Shown in pieces: positions 61,638 through 64,000 of a stretch of DNA of 64,000 nt. The position numbers and the translations under genes are program-made. The stretch is from assembly GCA_009859145.1 (NCBI GenBank), contig VRVR01000039.1, forward strand, positions 190,284-254,283, read 5' to 3'. This DNA comes from Andalucia godoyi And28 (Eukaryota; Protista; Jakobida). Numbering within the stretch: the stretch's first letter is position 1; each line of letters opens with the position of its first letter. Under the pieces are notes generated by a model. It did no database searches, was not told the DNA's origin, and was given only the letters and a program-made list of their open reading frames with translations.

Positions 61638-63899
61638 ATGAGTGGAAATCGTCGGAAGCGGAATTTGCCAGAGGACGATCCGGAAGTTCCGGACGATGCA
61701 AACTCTCCGGCTCCGTCATCTCTGTATGAGCTTGGTGGCAGTGGAGGCGGTGTCGGAGGTGGCGGAGGTGGGGCTGGTTCTGGGTCTGGGTCATCGATGG
61801 TGACGAATCCTGCGATGAGCGGCGTCAATACGACTCTGGCGTCACTGACACAAAAAGAAAACAAAAAGAAAAAAGTGGACGAGAAGCCGAAGCCAAAGGA
61901 AAAGATCCAAGAGGTGAACCGGGAAAGCGAGAAGATGGTCCAGGATTTCTGGAATGTTGTTGGTGCGTTTTTCCAGCCGATTCAGGAGTCGCTGCTGAAG
62001 CAAATGGTGCCGTCCGACATACCAGACGACGACGACGTCTTTAAGATCCCAAGCCGTGGCAGGCACTACATTGACAGGTGGAGACGAGAAGACGACGTCT
62101 TTCAGAATGACGTCAGACAGAAGCTTGCCGCAATGGATGGGTCCGCCTACCTCTCGAATGACCCTTCGCTGTATGCTCCTTCTTCTGCCTCCGGCTCTGG
62201 TTCCGGGGCTGCGTTTGGGACGGGAACGGGGTCGGGATCGGGGTCGAGCACGCCATTTGGGTCGACGTGCAGCACAATCACTGCCAAAATGCAATACCTA
62301 GCTGACGCCCATTCTCGCGCAAGCAAAATCCTCGAAACGGCCTCCGATGCAATGGACAGATTTCGTTCCAATTGGGTTGAGGCCGACTTGTCCGCCGCAG
62401 CATACGGTTGGCACTCTCTTCCCCAACGGCTTCTGGCAGGCATGGTTCCTGTGCGCATTCCCACAGCCTCTTCTTCTTCTTCTTCTTCTTCTTCTTCTTC
62501 TTCTTCTTCTTCTTCTTCTTCGTCCACCTCGTCATCCTCGACTGGGCCTGCTGAGTCCGGTTTGGTGGGTTCTAGCTTGAGGGCTAGTGCACCCGGTTCT
62601 GTTGTGAATGGTGCGAGCACAATGTCCGATTCTCCTTCCGCATCGTCCGTTACCTCGGCACAGACCATGCACGAGGACGAGGAAGATACCTTGGTGTTTC
62701 CATTCTCTGGGTTCACCGATGATGCTTCCGACGCCAGGCTTGTGTCTTTGGATTTTCTCCCTCCTGTCATGGAGGACTTTGCTGCGAATCTGCAATCCAT
62801 TTTGAAAAGGGACGATGTAAATGTGCTGCATTCAGACGACGAGTTTGATGCGTACGAACGGGATGACGATGAAGTGTGCGCGGAAATCATGGACAAGCAA
62901 TACCAGCTGCGAGCGTTGGTTCGACGCAACATCCAGGTGCTAACCGAGCTACAAGAACGAGCTCGACAACAGATGCGCAATGATATGGCGAGAAAAGATG
63001 AAATGAACAGGTACAAGAGAGTGGAGGTAATGTGGAATGCCCGTCCGGATGCAGCAGCTGCGCGCAATGCAAAGGACAAGAAGAAGACCAAGGCCAGCAC
63101 AGCGTCCAACATGCCAGGCGTACCGAAGGACGCAGACAAGCGTGTGCTGTCGCACATTCCCACAGTGCTTGCGCGGTATGAAGAGCTTCTGAAGAAGCAC
63201 AAGAAGGACTGGCTGCTGTCGACGGATTCGTCGTCGTCGTCGTCGCAGCAAGAAGGACAATCGGGTGCCGGGCCAGCGAGCGGCCCTGCTGCTGGATCGG
63301 GATTGGGGGCCGGCGGAAGCATGGGAGCGCAGTCCAGCAGCCTTGGTGGATCACTGCAAGTCGGTGACACACCAGGATTGCCTGTTCTTGGAGAGTTTGC
63401 CGACGATGACGCGAGTGGAGCGAACAATGCGGAGGCTGTTGCAGGAGTGTCCACCGCAGGCATGGATCCGAGCCGCCTGGTTTGCCAGCAGTCTGAATCT
63501 TTCGATTCGGATCTTGCAGACGCGCTGAAGCAGCTGTCCGACTGGTTGTTGCTCAACAAGTCTTGCAAGGTTGCACCGCGTGCGCATACGCGGTGGCGCA
63601 AGTTACTGTCATTGCTGCGCTCTGTTCTTATCTTGTATTCACCACCTGCCCTGCCTCCTGTTAGCACGGAGGATGGAGATGCCTCAATGTCATCGGTGAT
63701 TCCGGGTCCCTTCGGGCTTGAGGATCTGACCGATGACGAGCGCGCAGGCCTTGCGGACGTTGCCAAGTTGCTGAAGAGCTGTGAAGAAATTATGGAGTCG
63801 GGCCGTGCGTGGGATGCCTTGAAGGAGGCCCTCAGAGAGTGCGAAGTGGCATTTTCTCTTGTAGAAACACTCGGATCCGAAGACCTACCAGACGTGTAA
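61638..63899 (+). CDS. TADA3: ADA3/NGG1-like histone acetyltransferase complex subunit
   Basis: FKIPSRGRHYIDRWRRED (cf. IPPLGKHYxxxWAxED), SLPQRLLAGMV, DDDEVCAEIMDKQYQLRAL. Start ATG at 61638. Confidence 0.7.
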   Translation: MSGNRRKRNLPEDDPEVPDDANSPAPSSLYELGGSGGGVGGGGGGAGSGSGSSMVTNPAMSGVNTTLASLTQKENKKKKVDEKPKPKEKIQEVNRESEKMVQDFWNVVGAFFQPIQESLLKQMVPSDIPDDDDVFKIPSRGRHYIDRWRREDDVFQNDVRQKLAAMDGSAYLSNDPSLYAPSSASGSGSGAAFGTGTGSGSGSSTPFGSTCSTITAKMQYLADAHSRASKILETASDAMDRFRSNWVEADLSAAAYGWHSLPQRLLAGMVPVRIPTASSSSSSSSSSSSSSSSSSSTSSSSTGPAESGLVGSSLRASAPGSVVNGASTMSDSPSASSVTSAQTMHEDEEDTLVFPFSGFTDDASDARLVSLDFLPPVMEDFAANLQSILKRDDVNVLHSDDEFDAYERDDDEVCAEIMDKQYQLRALVRRNIQVLTELQERARQQMRNDMARKDEMNRYKRVEVMWNARPDAAAARNAKDKKKTKASTASNMPGVPKDADKRVLSHIPTVLARYEELLKKHKKDWLLSTDSSSSSSQQEGQSGAGPASGPAAGSGLGAGGSMGAQSSSLGGSLQVGDTPGLPVLGEFADDDASGANNAEAVAGVSTAGMDPSRLVCQQSESFDSDLADALKQLSDWLLLNKSCKVAPRAHTRWRKLLSLLRSVLILYSPPALPPVSTEDGDASMSSVIPGPFGLEDLTDDERAGLADVAKLLKSCEEIMESGRAWDALKEALRECEVAFSLVETLGSEDLPDV

Positions 63900-64000
63900 A
63901 CTATTCATCTGCAGAGCTCGGAAAACCTTCTCGAATCTTTGCGGATCCTTGTTTTGCAGTTGTCGGTTCTGTTCCAGTGACGACTCTCGTCTGATCCCTC

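Noticed and set aside
62147-63766. 539-aa minus-strand ORF
   Set aside because: Lies entirely antisense to the ADA3-like CDS, has no motifs, and is explained by codon bias.

Overview
This is eukaryotic nuclear DNA: gene-dense and intron-poor (short GT-AG introns, mostly with GTATG donors), read in the standard code. It comes from a flagellated organism, most likely a protist, judging by IFT144/WDR19 and BBS5. About 27 protein genes and one tRNA-Glu(CTC) are supportable, including SSRP1, UBA5, GLOD4, imidazolonepropionase, EPC-like, ADA3-like, syntaxin-8-like, TMEM115-like, two RCC1-repeat proteins, three PLAC8 paralogues, a PH-BEACH protein, a bacterial-type acetolactate synthase and a divergent Amt. 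Two signals are not evident from the ORF track. (1) Between 56.3 and 59.35 kb lie three decayed TnpB/Fanzor2-type elements, each keeping a different piece of the nuclease. All three keep a 3' non-coding module whose hairpins are conserved by compensatory changes, ending in a shared terminal motif followed by three different flanks. This is the layout expected of omegaRNA (guide RNA) loci that outlast their nuclease ORF. (2) An uninterrupted minus-strand ORF of more than 846 codons runs off the left edge and carries HAP2/GCS1 fusogen-like motifs. All family calls come from recognising motifs by eye; no database search was run.
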